Notes: generated from the letters alone by a model not told the origin. Shown: positions 30,432-40,940, numbered from the stretch's first letter. The stretch is 64,000 nt of DNA from an uncultured Actinomycetes bacterium (GCA_963842975.1 CAWJIH010000007.1:109-64108), one strand, 5' to 3'. A program made the numbers and translations.

Positions 30432-32486
30432 ATGTCACCCGCAAGCAGCACGCTCAGCCCGGCCTCCGGCAGCCCCATCAGGGCTGCCTATGGCACTTAC
30501 ACGCTCATCTCACGCCTCTACAGCGACCTCGCGCCGTACCAGGTGTGGCGTGAAGTGTTTGAAAACTGCGTCCAGGCTGGCGCCAGGAAGGTCACGATTG
30601 CCCGACACGAGCCCTCATGGGGTGCTCACCAGCACCGCAAACGAATGGTGAGCGACGACGGCGAGGGCATGACGCCCGAACTATTGGCGCGCGTCACTGC
30701 CAACCTCGGGGCTTCTGGCAAGGACCTTGGACTCACCAAGAACATTGGAGTAGGGGCGAAGATCGCCACGCTGCCCTGGAACACCCACGGCCTCGTTTAC
30801 GTGACGCTCAGGGACGGGCTTATGTCCATGGCGTGGATTGAAGTTGACGAGGCGACGGGAACTGCGTACTTCCGGGACCTCTCGGCGCAGGCCGGACTCA
30901 CCGCACTGGTGTACGACAGCGACGGTCAGGCCGTGGTCTTTGAACCCGGGGTCGTGGAGGGTGTCGATTGGGCGGCGACTCTGCCAGCGTTCGTTCGCGC
31001 CGCAGGACATGGAACGTCGGTGGTGCTCATGGGGGTGTCTCGTGACGACAACACGCTCGCGGGTGATGTCAAGAAGGAGAAGAACTCCGAGACAACCACT
31101 GTGCTGGTCGATTACCTTGACTCGCGCTACTTCCGGTTCCCCGAGGGAATCGACGTGAGTGTCCAGCGCTACAAGATTGATGGCAGCTTGCAGCACGCCG
31201 CCAAGGCATACGGTTTCTCGGGCAAGTTGGACAACTTCATCGCTATGCGTGGAGTCTGCGCCGAGCAAGGGACGGTCGACGTTGTGGCGGAGGTCGATGG
31301 CGCCGTTGTGCCAGCAGTGGTGCGCTGGGTGCTGATGGATCCCAACCGCCGGGATGGCTCCGATGTTCGGGAATGGCTGCGCAAGAAAGCGAATGCGGCG
31401 CACTTGTTGCCGCCGTGGGTGGGGTTGGTCTACGACGACGAGTTGTTCGGCCGCGACTACTTGACCACGAGCCACCGTCAGGACTCACTCCACCTCGGCC
31501 ATGCCGGCATCACATACAAGGACGTACAGAATTACGTGTACTTGTTCCTGGAGCCGCGCGCGTACAACGAGGATTCGGCTGACGATCTGGGTGCCGCTAT
31601 GGACACCGGACGGAAGAACCTGGGCCTGTACCGCCGAGGCGGCTTCGTGGCTGACCTCCCAGTGCGTGAGTGGCTTGGTGACTTCGCGCGCAAGATGCCG
31701 GCGGCGATCCAGGCTCGCATTGACGCGGCATCCGACGCCGCGAAGTCGGAGTCGCTCAACGAAGACCAGTTCATCTCGGACCTGTTCGCAGAGATGACCA
31801 AGATTCGGGCCTATGTCGCCAAGCCTGGTGGAGGCAACCAGATTGCCCCCGTGATTCAGATTGTGGGCAACGCGGCTGGGGAGACCCCCGTAGGCAAGCG
31901 CAAAGGTGTCGCACCTGGCGACCCCCATCGGCGGGGGACTCGAGGCGGTAATGGCTCGGCTGGCGAGTCGAATCGATCGGACGCGACGAGTCGGCGCAAC
32001 AAGGTCGCCTCGCTCGCCCAGGTGCTCGGGGGCTCCGTGGACGCGCAAGCGGTTGAGGTGTTCAAGTCGCGAATTCCCAGGGTGGTGTTCCGGGGAGCGG
32101 ACGAGTTTTGTGATGGCGACGACGCAGTTCGGCTGTATCTGGCCAAGTGGACACCGGGTGCCGAGGAGGACCCAGGCGAGATCTGCATCAACACCGAGGC
32201 GCCTACCTATGCCGCTTTCGCCGCCATCGTTGAAGCAGAAGCTGGCTCGGCGCCGTGGAACATCACAGACCCGTCCGAACTCCACGAGATTCACCAGGGT
32301 GTCTTCAAGCGCACCTCGGTGGCCGGGATCATCGGGGCGCTCATCCAGGGGATGACCGAGGGGCTGGCCGAATCGCCGCTGGCTGTGTCGATGACGTGCA
32401 TCGGTGATGCCACGTTGATGGGGCACCTGCGCCACATTCTGGACTTGCGGCGGCCGGCGCGGGTTCGGCGTGCACGGGCGAGTTGA
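30432..32486 (+). CDS. Second GHKL (MORC/Hsp90-like) ATPase
   Basis: WREVFENCVQAGA, VSDDGEGM and NIGVGAKIA; RBS GAGGAAA; preceded by an AT-rich divergent intergenic region. Confidence 0.8.
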   Translation: MSPASSTLSPASGSPIRAAYGTYTLISRLYSDLAPYQVWREVFENCVQAGARKVTIARHEPSWGAHQHRKRMVSDDGEGMTPELLARVTANLGASGKDLGLTKNIGVGAKIATLPWNTHGLVYVTLRDGLMSMAWIEVDEATGTAYFRDLSAQAGLTALVYDSDGQAVVFEPGVVEGVDWAATLPAFVRAAGHGTSVVLMGVSRDDNTLAGDVKKEKNSETTTVLVDYLDSRYFRFPEGIDVSVQRYKIDGSLQHAAKAYGFSGKLDNFIAMRGVCAEQGTVDVVAEVDGAVVPAVVRWVLMDPNRRDGSDVREWLRKKANAAHLLPPWVGLVYDDELFGRDYLTTSHRQDSLHLGHAGITYKDVQNYVYLFLEPRAYNEDSADDLGAAMDTGRKNLGLYRRGGFVADLPVREWLGDFARKMPAAIQARIDAASDAAKSESLNEDQFISDLFAEMTKIRAYVAKPGGGNQIAPVIQIVGNAAGETPVGKRKGVAPGDPHRRGTRGGNGSAGESNRSDATSRRNKVASLAQVLGGSVDAQAVEVFKSRIPRVVFRGADEFCDGDDAVRLYLAKWTPGAEEDPGEICINTEAPTYAAFAAIVEAEAGSAPWNITDPSELHEIHQGVFKRTSVAGIIGALIQGMTEGLAESPLAVSMTCIGDATLMGHLRHILDLRRPARVRRARAS

Positions 32487-32709
32487 GGGGCGAGGGTCTG
32501 CAAGTTTGCACGGCAGCGCGCGGAGTGGACCTGCCGTGGTGGCGAAAACCAGCTGCCTAACTCTTCTGATGGAGATGGCGTCCGCTGCGAGGCAAGGCGA
32601 TGCAGGCTAATGAATGTGCGGTGGCGGCGATAGCGGCGGTACTGGCGAACAGGGCAAAGTGGTCGATCGCGCTGGTGATTGATGATCGCCTCAGCGGTCA
32701 TCGACTAGA

Positions 32710-33111
32710 TCACTTCAGATTCAGAGAGGCCCGCGCTTGGCTGGGTAGATTCGGATTCTCAGCCAGAGTCATGCGCACGCCAAGGTGCTCGTCGTCGGCC
32801 ATTGAATTCAGGAGCTCCACCGGTGTGCTCGCGTTAAGGGCTACTCCCTGACGTACGCCCGCGTTCTTGTCCCGCGAGAGGGCTGTGAGTGTCGGGCGAG
32901 GCGCGGATGGGTTTGCGGCAACGGCCCGCCGCACCGACGCGGTCTTGTCCCTTGCCAGTTTGGTGAGCACCTCGGGGTTGTCGGTACGTTCGGCGACTCC
33001 TTGGCGGACCAGGTACCACTCGGAACCAGCCAAGGACGCGAGGGCCGAGTCCGGAGCATGAGGGTGCAAGAGGACTTGACCGTACGCATCTTCAACCAAC
33101 CACTGGTCCAT
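32710..33111 (-). CDS. Small LRV/HEAT-like repeat protein
   Basis: Four ~24-aa repeats of the form L..LA.D....VR..VA.NP..P. Confidence 0.75.
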   Translation of the reverse strand: MDQWLVEDAYGQVLLHPHAPDSALASLAGSEWYLVRQGVAERTDNPEVLTKLARDKTASVRRAVAANPSAPRPTLTALSRDKNAGVRQGVALNASTPVELLNSMADDEHLGVRMTLAENPNLPSQARASLNLK

Positions 33112-33638
33112 CGTGTCCCGCCTTCCGTTGGTGCCGATACCTTGATCGCCGTTGGTGCGAATACTACGGCGGATTGGCGACGCTTCGAGGATGGCTCCTC
33201 GTATCGGGGTGGTCTGGCCCCTACTTGGGTGCGGCCCCGTGTCAACAAGGGGCAATTCGTTAGCGTCAGCCACCACAATCAGGCACCGCCCGGTGCTTAT
33301 GGCTGTCAAGATTGGGTGAAACATTCGACTTGATGATGGTTCTGTGCCGGGGAACGATCTAGGGGCAGGTTGTGATGATCTCGGTCATGCGGGATTCGCA
33401 GGTCTTGCCGACACCCGACGGCGGGGGCAATGGGTTCATGGACAGCCAGGACGATGGCGGCCAGGCCCGTCGGCCGTGAACCGTCCCGGGACGGTTCAGT
33501 ACAGCAGTCCCGTGCGCAGTCGCGATAGGAGCACTTGCGGCGCTGGTGGCATCACTGCGGATTTGCTCGCCCATGACACCCTCCCGACCGACCGCACCGT
33601 GCTGCCTCCTTCCCCCTTCACCGCGACGTTTCCCGCGG

Positions 33639-35336
33639 TTACCTGATGCCTTGGTCGTGGTGGCCGACAGAGTCAAACTCAATGGTTCCGTCGGGGTGGC
33701 GCCAGAACTTGAGTCGTCGGGCGCCCGGGGTGTTCGCCTGTAGCGAGACGCGCCAGGCCATGGAGCCGTCTGTGCGGGACTCTTGCTTGCCACCGCGTCG
33801 GTCGAGCCAGGGATGCAGCTCCCTGCTGGCTTGTTTGTCCACCAAGCCGCAGACGATCTCGGCCATGACATCCGTGATCTTGTCTCGTGAGACTCCTTGC
33901 AGGTTGCTGATGCTTGATTCGAAGTCGTCGCCGATTCGGTAATCCCCGGTCCACGGGTAGGCATCACGGTCGGGACCCCGGAACCGCAGGAGGTAGGCCC
34001 AGCGCACCTCCAGGCGCAACTGCTCGACCGGGTCGTCGTGCACGACCGGAACTCGGAGTTTGGCGCGTTCGGCTCTTCGCCGATTCGCCCGGTCGATTCG
34101 GGCTTGTTCGCGTGCGGCCAGTAGTTCGGATTCGAGTCGGCTGGCGCGCTGGTCGACCTGCTCGATCGTGTCGAGAGCCTGGGCCAGAGCCCTTTGGAGC
34201 TGCCGGATGTCGGTTGGCACGGAGGTTTCGTGGCTGATCTCTGGATTGCTGGGTTGGCGATCGGGTCTCGGCTGGTCGGAGTTCGATGAGGTAGACGCTG
34301 CCAAGTCGGCTGCGCGCAGCCACGGAGGGCCATCGGGCAGTATCGAGATGCTCGTCGTGGCACTCTCGCCTTCCGCGAGGGTGGCAAGCCACCTCCCGTC
34401 GAGCTGGGTGATCTCCACGGGGAGCACGTCGCCAGGAGCCACCATGGCCTCCAACTCGGTGCCGAGAGTTCCCACGACTTCGACAGCTAGGTCAGGGTGC
34501 AGGAGGACGTTTGCACTGCTGTCGGACCTCTGACACACCTGGGCCAGCACTACGTCGCCATCGCGGTAGGTCTGCCCGATGCGCTCTGCCACGTCCTGCT
34601 TCGGCACATCGGGCAGGAACTCAACAAGAGCCCCTGATCCGCGCAGGCGCCCCCGCAACTTCATCCCAGGACGTACCAAGCGGTCGGGCTCAATCCCAGC
34701 GCGGAGCCTGGAAACTGTCATAGCCGCGGTTTCGCCACCGTCGGTGGCCAGCATCGCCTGGTGGCCCAGCAGGGAGCGAACGACGGCTATGGCGGGGCGG
34801 TCTTCAGGTTCCGGCGGCGGGGGAGCGAACGCGCCTGAGCTTTGGGCGGCATTCAAGGCGCTGTCGACCAGTTCGCGAGTGGTCCGCTCTCCGCGGGCGG
34901 CGCTAAGGCACATGTGCAACGGCGCTTGATACATGTCGCGCGTCCACTCATCCCCCAGCGGGTAGACCCGGCCGGCGCCGTAGAAAACCGACAACTGTCT
35001 GTTGCCCAAGCCGTCGGTCAGCCCGAAAGTGGCCTCCGCGTCGAGCAGATAGAGCTCGGTGTATCCGTTCAACTCAGCCGACAGGCGGTTCAAATCGATC
35101 CAGGGATCCTCAGCGTCTGGGTGTATTGACACCGCGACCGCCGCCTGAGTGCGGGAGGCGCCGAGTAGGTGCGCCGCCAGCGATTTGCCCTCGTCGGGAG
35201 TTCGCAATCGGGTGAATCCAGTCCGGGGATGGCTGCTGCCCGAACGACTCGACTCCGTGTGCTCAAGAGTGGGCTTGGCTGCTGGCACCGATCTGGCAGC
35301 CTTCCTTCGCTCACGGCTCCGTTTGCGCTTTGGCAT
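33639..35336 (-). CDS. Multidomain protein: S1/OB-like repeats, coiled coil and C-terminal RelE/ParE-like domain
   Basis: RPGMKLRG and GDVVLAQV..GDVLPVEI (S1-like); heptad segment; WRVSLQANTPGARRLKFW...IEFDSVGHHD. Confidence 0.6.
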   Translation of the reverse strand: MPKRKRSRERRKAARSVPAAKPTLEHTESSRSGSSHPRTGFTRLRTPDEGKSLAAHLLGASRTQAAVAVSIHPDAEDPWIDLNRLSAELNGYTELYLLDAEATFGLTDGLGNRQLSVFYGAGRVYPLGDEWTRDMYQAPLHMCLSAARGERTTRELVDSALNAAQSSGAFAPPPPEPEDRPAIAVVRSLLGHQAMLATDGGETAAMTVSRLRAGIEPDRLVRPGMKLRGRLRGSGALVEFLPDVPKQDVAERIGQTYRDGDVVLAQVCQRSDSSANVLLHPDLAVEVVGTLGTELEAMVAPGDVLPVEITQLDGRWLATLAEGESATTSISILPDGPPWLRAADLAASTSSNSDQPRPDRQPSNPEISHETSVPTDIRQLQRALAQALDTIEQVDQRASRLESELLAAREQARIDRANRRRAERAKLRVPVVHDDPVEQLRLEVRWAYLLRFRGPDRDAYPWTGDYRIGDDFESSISNLQGVSRDKITDVMAEIVCGLVDKQASRELHPWLDRRGGKQESRTDGSMAWRVSLQANTPGARRLKFWRHPDGTIEFDSVGHHDQGIR

Positions 35337-35593
35337 CCGCCCCGTCACCTCTCCCCGAATCACGAATCCTTGTCATGGTGACACAGCACTCCGACGGGCT
35401 GGCCACCACGAATCCATCAATCGGCCACCGGCAGACGGTCGAACACGTGGGGGGCGAATCGATTCGGGACTGGCTCCCGCACTCCATCACGCCGTGGTTG
35501 GAACCTCCAACGAGGTTCCAACCCAACTGCCGGGGGCGGAATCGGTCATGCCCGGGAGCAGCCTGGCATTGAGTGATTCGCGGGAGGCGAGAG

Positions 35594-36064
35594 ATGTCGG
35601 GGTCGGATCTGCATTACTGTCCAAATTGCGGTCAGTCACTTCCGCCGGGGTCTTCATTCTGTCCCGGCTGTGGAGCGGCACTACGCGAGTTTTCCCCGGA
35701 GACTGACGGCGACCAGGGCGGATTCCATCGATCAAGCGAACGAATCGGATACCGAGGTGACGGAGGTCCTAGGCGACGACAACAGTCCCGCCTTGTCGAG
35801 GACACTTCGCTCGGCCCGCAGGGTGAGGATGAGCAGCGCCAGCGTGGCGAAGCCGCAAAGAAGGCCACGGGCAAGGTGGAATCTGCGCTCGCTGAACTCG
35901 CGACCGCACAGACCACGGCCGATGTGCAGGTGGCGGCCAATCGGTCAGCCGACGACGGTCTTGCGCTCGAGGAGGAGCTGACGATGGACTCACGTGCTCA
36001 AGGCGCTGCGGCGGCCTTGAGCGCCATCGCTGGCTGGAAGGCGTTGAACGCGGACCACTCTTGA
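35594..36064 (+). CDS. Zinc-ribbon domain protein (possibly frameshifted after the Zn ribbon)
   Basis: YCPNCGQSLPPGSSFCPGCGA; RBS GGGAGG. Confidence 0.55.
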   Translation: MSGSDLHYCPNCGQSLPPGSSFCPGCGAALREFSPETDGDQGGFHRSSERIGYRGDGGPRRRQQSRLVEDTSLGPQGEDEQRQRGEAAKKATGKVESALAELATAQTTADVQVAANRSADDGLALEEELTMDSRAQGAAAALSAIAGWKALNADHS

Positions 36065-36224
36065 CAACTGGCCGCAGTTGCGTCATGAACCGTGCCCCAT
36101 CTGCCCCCGAAGCCGCGCAACGACCACCACCAGCAACCAGCCCAGCGCCCGTAGCACCGACCATCACCTATCGCCAGTACTCAGACAACCCCCTGTTCAG
36201 TCAGCAGTCTCCTAGCTGCAGTGC

Positions 36225-39200
36225 TCACGCCGCGGCGGCAAACGCCGCCAGCAAGTCTCCGGGCAGCGAGTGCATTAATTCCCAGGTGATTGCCATCGGC
36301 CGATCATCTTCATGGCTTGCATAGGTGGCAGGGCCGAGGAAATAGAACGATCGGGCGGTGTTGTCCTGCCGGGCAAAGATGTAGATGTGCGAGCCGCGCG
36401 CAGCGTGGTTCTGGTACCTCTGGCCGGTCGGGCTTGTGGAAGACGTCGTTGACTGGCTCTCCCAGTGCAGCAGCTTGGGTCCAATGGCGTAGTCGCGGTA
36501 TCGGGTCGTGGGGGAGAAGTGGTCAGCGGACTTGTCGAACGTGACTAGGAACAGGTCGGTCTGTTGATCGGCGCACCAGCGCACGCCCTCGCGCCATTCG
36601 GGCACCCGAGCGGCACCGGGGCTACCACTGGATTTTGCCTCTTGGTGCATCGCAGCGAGGATCTCACCGCGGGTGTACTGCGCATGGACTTGAAGGGGTA
36701 CGTGTGCGCGCCCGTCCAGCGGGCGATGCAAGTGGTCCACCCGCTCGCGGAGCAAGTCCATCAGCTCGGCGACCTCGGCGAGCACCGCAGGGTGCTGCCA
36801 CAGCAGTTCGGCGGCCTCCTGCAGGGTCAGATCGCGCCGGTCACCTTTCAACACCTGATCCATCAGCGACGCTACTAGCATGCGCAGCAGCGCCCGATCC
36901 GCTGCTCCGATCGAGGCAACATCTGGCACCGTCGACGATCGCGCAAATCGTCGGTACGCCGCCAGACGCACCTCATCATCCACGTGTGTCATCCGCCCTA
37001 CCGCATGGCGCAACGTCGGTTCGAACGGCCCCGCCGGCGCGACCGCTAGCCCGGCTGCCGACTTCATGTCTGTCCAGCTCGCTTGGCCCCTGGTTCGCGC
37101 ACGCCGATCGTCGAGGTAGACATCCCCGAGGTCCAATCCGGTCTCGGCCAGGTATCCCGACAGCGTCACCGGCGCGCCGCGCTGGCTGGCCGCGTACCGG
37201 CGCAATTCCGCAACTCGCGCCGGCCAGTTGGATGGAATCGCAGATCGGATGCTTTCCAGCACAACCTCACGCGCCACGGGATCGAGCTGCATGTGACAGC
37301 CGCTCGGCAAGTACGGGAAGTCTTTGGTCACCTCCTGCTTGACCCTCAGGCGTGTGCCTCCCAGTAATGCCGAATAGCGCAGGTCGAAGCGGAACTCCTT
37401 TCGATGGTGACCCACGAAGTCCAGCACCGTGCACACTGCCTTGCCCGTGTCCGGGGACTTGCGCAGCCCCCGTCCGAGTTGTTGCAGGAACACCGTGCCG
37501 CTCTCAGTGGGGCGCAGCATGAGCACCGTGTCCACGGATGGCACGTCCACACCTTCGCTGAACAGATCGACGCTGAACAGCGCCTGCACATCGCCACTAC
37601 GCAGGTGCGCCAGCGCCGTCTCGCGTTCGGCCCGCGGAGTATCAGCGGTCACGGCCACTGCCGCGATGCCGGCCGCTGTGAAATGTCTGGCCATGAATCG
37701 GGCATGGTCCTTGCTCACGCAGAAACCCAGGGCGCGCATGGTGGTGGGATCGCCGACATGCTTGGTTAGTTGGTGCACGACGCGTCGAGCGTAGGCGTCA
37801 TCGCCCGTGTAGAGATTGGTCAGCTCGGTGTCGTCGTAGCCGCGGCCGCGTCGCCAGGCGACGTTTGACAGGTCGGTGCCGTCGTGGATGCCGTAGTAGG
37901 CGAACGGCACCAGCCGATGCTGATCGATCGCGTCCCACAAGCGCAGTTCCGCGGCGATGCGGTCGTCGAACCAGTGCAGGATCGGCATACCGTCTGCGCG
38001 CTCGGGGGTGGCTGTGAGACCCAGCAGTTCAACTGGTTGCAGTTGTTGCAGCATTGCATCGTAGGAGTCGGCCGCGGCATGGTGGAACTCGTCGACCACT
38101 ACAACGTCGAAGTGGGCCGGGTCTATTGACTCCACTCCGTTGGTTCGCATGCTCTGGATTGAGGCGAACACATGCTCGTACCTGGTTGGGCGCTTTCCGT
38201 CGACCCACAGTTCGCCGAATGCCGGCTCTCGCAGGGCATGACGGAAAGTGGCCAATGACTGCTGGAGCAGTTCCTTGCGGTGGGCCACAAATAGCAGGCG
38301 TGCGCGGGGGAGTCGTTGGCGCAGGCGGGCATAGTCAAGCGCGGCCATGACGGTCTTTCCTGTGCCCGTGGCGGCAACGAGGAGATTGCGGTGGCGGCCG
38401 TGGGCGCGGGCCACCTCGATGCGTTCGAGGAGGCGCTCCTGGAAGGGATGGGGTGTGAGCTCGAACGGCGGCAGGTCCGTGCGGTGGTCGGGGAGGTCAG
38501 TGGCCAGGGCCTGCGCAAACGCGGCGGGGTCGTAGTCGACGAAATCGGCCGACGCCCAGTAGCTCTCGAAGACTGCCGACGTGCTGGCGATGACGTCGGG
38601 GTTGCGCCGGCCGCTAATGCGCACGTTCCACTCGAGGCCGGCGACCTGGGCAGAGTGGGTGAGGTTAGACGAGCCGATGTAGGCGGTGGAGGCCCCGGAG
38701 CGACGGTGAAACAGCCAGGACTTGGCGTGCAGCCGCGTCGTGGTCGTGTCGTAGGAGACGCGGATCTTGGCGCCAAGTTCGGCCAGGACCTCCAGCGCGC
38801 GGGCCTCAGTGGAGCCCGTGTACGTGGTGGTCAGGATGCGCAGCTCCCGACCCTCATCGACGTGTCGGCGCAACGCGTCGAGCATTGGGCGGATACCGCT
38901 GTAGCGGATGAAAGCGATGATGAGGTCAATGCGGTCGGCGCTAGGGATTTCCGAGAGCAACTGTTTGCTCAGCGCAGGTTCCCCTCGGGGGTTGGTCAGC
39001 AAGACCGTGTCGAGGAGCGGGGTGAGGGGCTGGTCGACGCTATGCGTGGAGCCGTCGGGTAGGCGGGGGTGGACTCCGCGAAGGACCTCGGCATTGTCGG
39101 TCATGAGATCGCGCTTGAGATCGGCTCGGTCTGCGGCTGCGATGAGCTGCTCGCCGAGGGCACGGGTGATGGCTGCCCCGCGCTCCACCCGGTCGGCTTC

Positions 39201-39479
39201 GGGGATGCCATCGATGGCTCGGCGGATCAGGGTCGACATGTGCAGAGATAGACGGTCCCCGGCCTCAGCGACGCGAAGGTCGCTGACGTCGGGGTCGTGG
39301 GCGGAGGTAGCCGCCAACCGGGCGGCAAGGTCCGGCGTCAGGAGGTCCTCGTACAACCCTGGGGTGAGGGGAGCAATGCTGGGAGTTTCCAGTGACGCAG
39401 GCTTGGCGCCCGCGTTTGCCGATTCAGTCGAATTGTCCCCCAATTCCTCCACGGCGCCAGCATCGCAGAGGCATGGCAA
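36225..39479 (-). CDS. PLD-nuclease / SF2 helicase / DUF3427 protein (start codon uncertain)
   Basis: RLHAKSWLF...GSSNLT (HKD-like), ATGTGKT, DEFHH, GLTATPERADG, SEGVDVP, QQLGRGLR and C-terminal YRDYAI..LLHWESQS. Confidence 0.9.
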   Translation of the reverse strand: MPCLCDAGAVEELGDNSTESANAGAKPASLETPSIAPLTPGLYEDLLTPDLAARLAATSAHDPDVSDLRVAEAGDRLSLHMSTLIRRAIDGIPEADRVERGAAITRALGEQLIAAADRADLKRDLMTDNAEVLRGVHPRLPDGSTHSVDQPLTPLLDTVLLTNPRGEPALSKQLLSEIPSADRIDLIIAFIRYSGIRPMLDALRRHVDEGRELRILTTTYTGSTEARALEVLAELGAKIRVSYDTTTTRLHAKSWLFHRRSGASTAYIGSSNLTHSAQVAGLEWNVRISGRRNPDVIASTSAVFESYWASADFVDYDPAAFAQALATDLPDHRTDLPPFELTPHPFQERLLERIEVARAHGRHRNLLVAATGTGKTVMAALDYARLRQRLPRARLLFVAHRKELLQQSLATFRHALREPAFGELWVDGKRPTRYEHVFASIQSMRTNGVESIDPAHFDVVVVDEFHHAAADSYDAMLQQLQPVELLGLTATPERADGMPILHWFDDRIAAELRLWDAIDQHRLVPFAYYGIHDGTDLSNVAWRRGRGYDDTELTNLYTGDDAYARRVVHQLTKHVGDPTTMRALGFCVSKDHARFMARHFTAAGIAAVAVTADTPRAERETALAHLRSGDVQALFSVDLFSEGVDVPSVDTVLMLRPTESGTVFLQQLGRGLRKSPDTGKAVCTVLDFVGHHRKEFRFDLRYSALLGGTRLRVKQEVTKDFPYLPSGCHMQLDPVAREVVLESIRSAIPSNWPARVAELRRYAASQRGAPVTLSGYLAETGLDLGDVYLDDRRARTRGQASWTDMKSAAGLAVAPAGPFEPTLRHAVGRMTHVDDEVRLAAYRRFARSSTVPDVASIGAADRALLRMLVASLMDQVLKGDRRDLTLQEAAELLWQHPAVLAEVAELMDLLRERVDHLHRPLDGRAHVPLQVHAQYTRGEILAAMHQEAKSSGSPGAARVPEWREGVRWCADQQTDLFLVTFDKSADHFSPTTRYRDYAIGPKLLHWESQSTTSSTSPTGQRYQNHAARGSHIYIFARQDNTARSFYFLGPATYASHEDDRPMAITWELMHSLPGDLLAAFAAAA

Positions 39480-39542
39480 TGGTGGCGAGCTCGGCGCTCA
39501 CGATCTTGCCGAGGTCCGCGGCCGATGCGGCTTGACCCTGCA

Positions 39543-39890
39543 GCTTTGCGGCGAGTCAACATGAACTGTTGCGGGTGGCCGAGTGAGCAGATGGCGCATC
39601 GTTCGGCGTAGGCGGCCTCGAGAGGCGAAGCCGAGCGGAATGCGGAGCGCAGTTCCTCGCCGATGGCCATCGTGTAGTTGCCGGCCCTGGCGTCGGCAGC
39701 GATCAGGTACACAGGTGCCACTGCGGCGAATCGGCCCGTCGAGATCGTCTGCAGCCAGATGATCGGGACTTCCATTTCGAATGCGGCATGGAGTTGGCGG
39801 TTGTCGCCGTACGTCGCCCCCCAATTCGGCGCACGATGGCCTGAATCCTGCAGACACGAGACAAAGACGACTCCTACTCTGGAATTATGA
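39543..39890 (-). pseudogene. N-terminal/central fragment of an HNH endonuclease
   Basis: DNRQLHAAFEMEVPIIW.....G.F....PVYL...LEAAYAERCAICSLGHPQ, ending before the HNH core. Confidence 0.7.
39568..39622. repeat. 55-bp perfect direct repeat, copy 1 (copy 2 at 43344..43398)
   Basis: GTTGCGGGTGGCCGAGTGAGCAGATGGCGCATCGTTCGGCGTAGGCGGCCTCGAG at both sites. Confidence 0.95.
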
Positions 39891-40720
39891 ACGCACCTCA
39901 AGACGTCCCCTACGGCCGAGCTGTGCCCCCCGGCTGGTACGACGATGGATCGGGCGGTCTGAGGTGGTGGGATGGTTCGACATGGACCGGACAGTCTCTC
40001 CAGGAGAGTCAGGAGGCGGTTGGTCGCCCCGCGGCCGACGTTGCGAGTCCGCCAAGGCGTCGATCACGCCACCTGCTCTGGGCGTTGTCCCCGGTCTACA
40101 CGTTGGGCCTCGTCATATTCATCCCAGCGCTGCACGGCGCCATAGTGTTGCGTCGATTCAGCCTGTGGCTTTGGGCCGGTGCGCTGATTGCCGGCAACAT
40201 CCTCTCCTTCTTTCTGACCTCCTCCACTGACACGGATCCCGATGGGAGCACCACGCTCGGACAGGACGTGGGGTTTGGCCTCACGGTCCTGCTTGCCACA
40301 CTGGCCACCATCCACGCCTTTCGAATCCGTGATGAGGTGTTCGCCGGTTCGGGCCGTGCGGACCAAGTTGCGGCCCTCCCGATTGGACGCGACCCGACGG
40401 TTGTCGCGTCGTTGGCTGCCCGGCAGCGGCGCAAGGAGTCCACAGCCCTGGCCGAGGCAGATCCTGGGTTGGCTCGCGACCTGCGAATCGGACGACCTGA
40501 CCTGGTGCGGGACTTCGACGACGGCGGACTGGTCGATGTCAATCACGTTCCTGAGGCGCACCTGGTCTCGTCCCTGGGTCTGACCCCTGATCAGGCCCGG
40601 TCGATCATCGAGGCCCGAGAGGCAATCGGGGGCTTCAAGACGATCGCTGAGATCTCCGGTTTCGCCGAGGTGCCGACCTCGATGCTAGACGCGAATCGCG
40701 ATCGAATCGTCTTGCTCTAG
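39887..40720 (+). CDS. DUF2510 / membrane / helix-hairpin-helix (ComEA-like) protein, paralog 1
   Basis: PGWYDDGSG..RWWDG..WT; three hydrophobic segments; VDVNHVP...LGL....A..II..RE..GGF. TACTCT-N6-ATG promoter. Confidence 0.85.
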   Translation: MNAPQDVPYGRAVPPGWYDDGSGGLRWWDGSTWTGQSLQESQEAVGRPAADVASPPRRRSRHLLWALSPVYTLGLVIFIPALHGAIVLRRFSLWLWAGALIAGNILSFFLTSSTDTDPDGSTTLGQDVGFGLTVLLATLATIHAFRIRDEVFAGSGRADQVAALPIGRDPTVVASLAARQRRKESTALAEADPGLARDLRIGRPDLVRDFDDGGLVDVNHVPEAHLVSSLGLTPDQARSIIEAREAIGGFKTIAEISGFAEVPTSMLDANRDRIVLL

Positions 40721-40779
40721 GCGCCGAGTCCACTGAAGGGGTGCATGAGTTGGTAGATCGGCGTGGTGCCGCACCGAGG

Positions 40780-40940
40780 TGCGGTCGCCCCTTGATCCAC
40801 GACGGATTCAGGCAAAGAATCTGGACTTGAGGGGTGAACACGAGGACCGCAACACCGGAGTATTGACCTGCCCGGCTTCTTGGATGAGCAGTTTGCTCAG
40901 GCGAGTCCTGATTTGCTGCGTGACATGCTGCGCATGTTCG
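40780..40940 (+). mobile_element. 5' fragment of an IS256-family transposase
   Basis: IDLPGFLDEQFAQASPDLLRDMLRMF, homologous to the 8513..9004 remnant. Confidence 0.65.

Noticed and set aside
21364-39479. Calling the locus DISARM or BREX
   Set aside because: No drmA/drmB (DUF1998)/drmC and no brxC/pglZ recognisable in the window.
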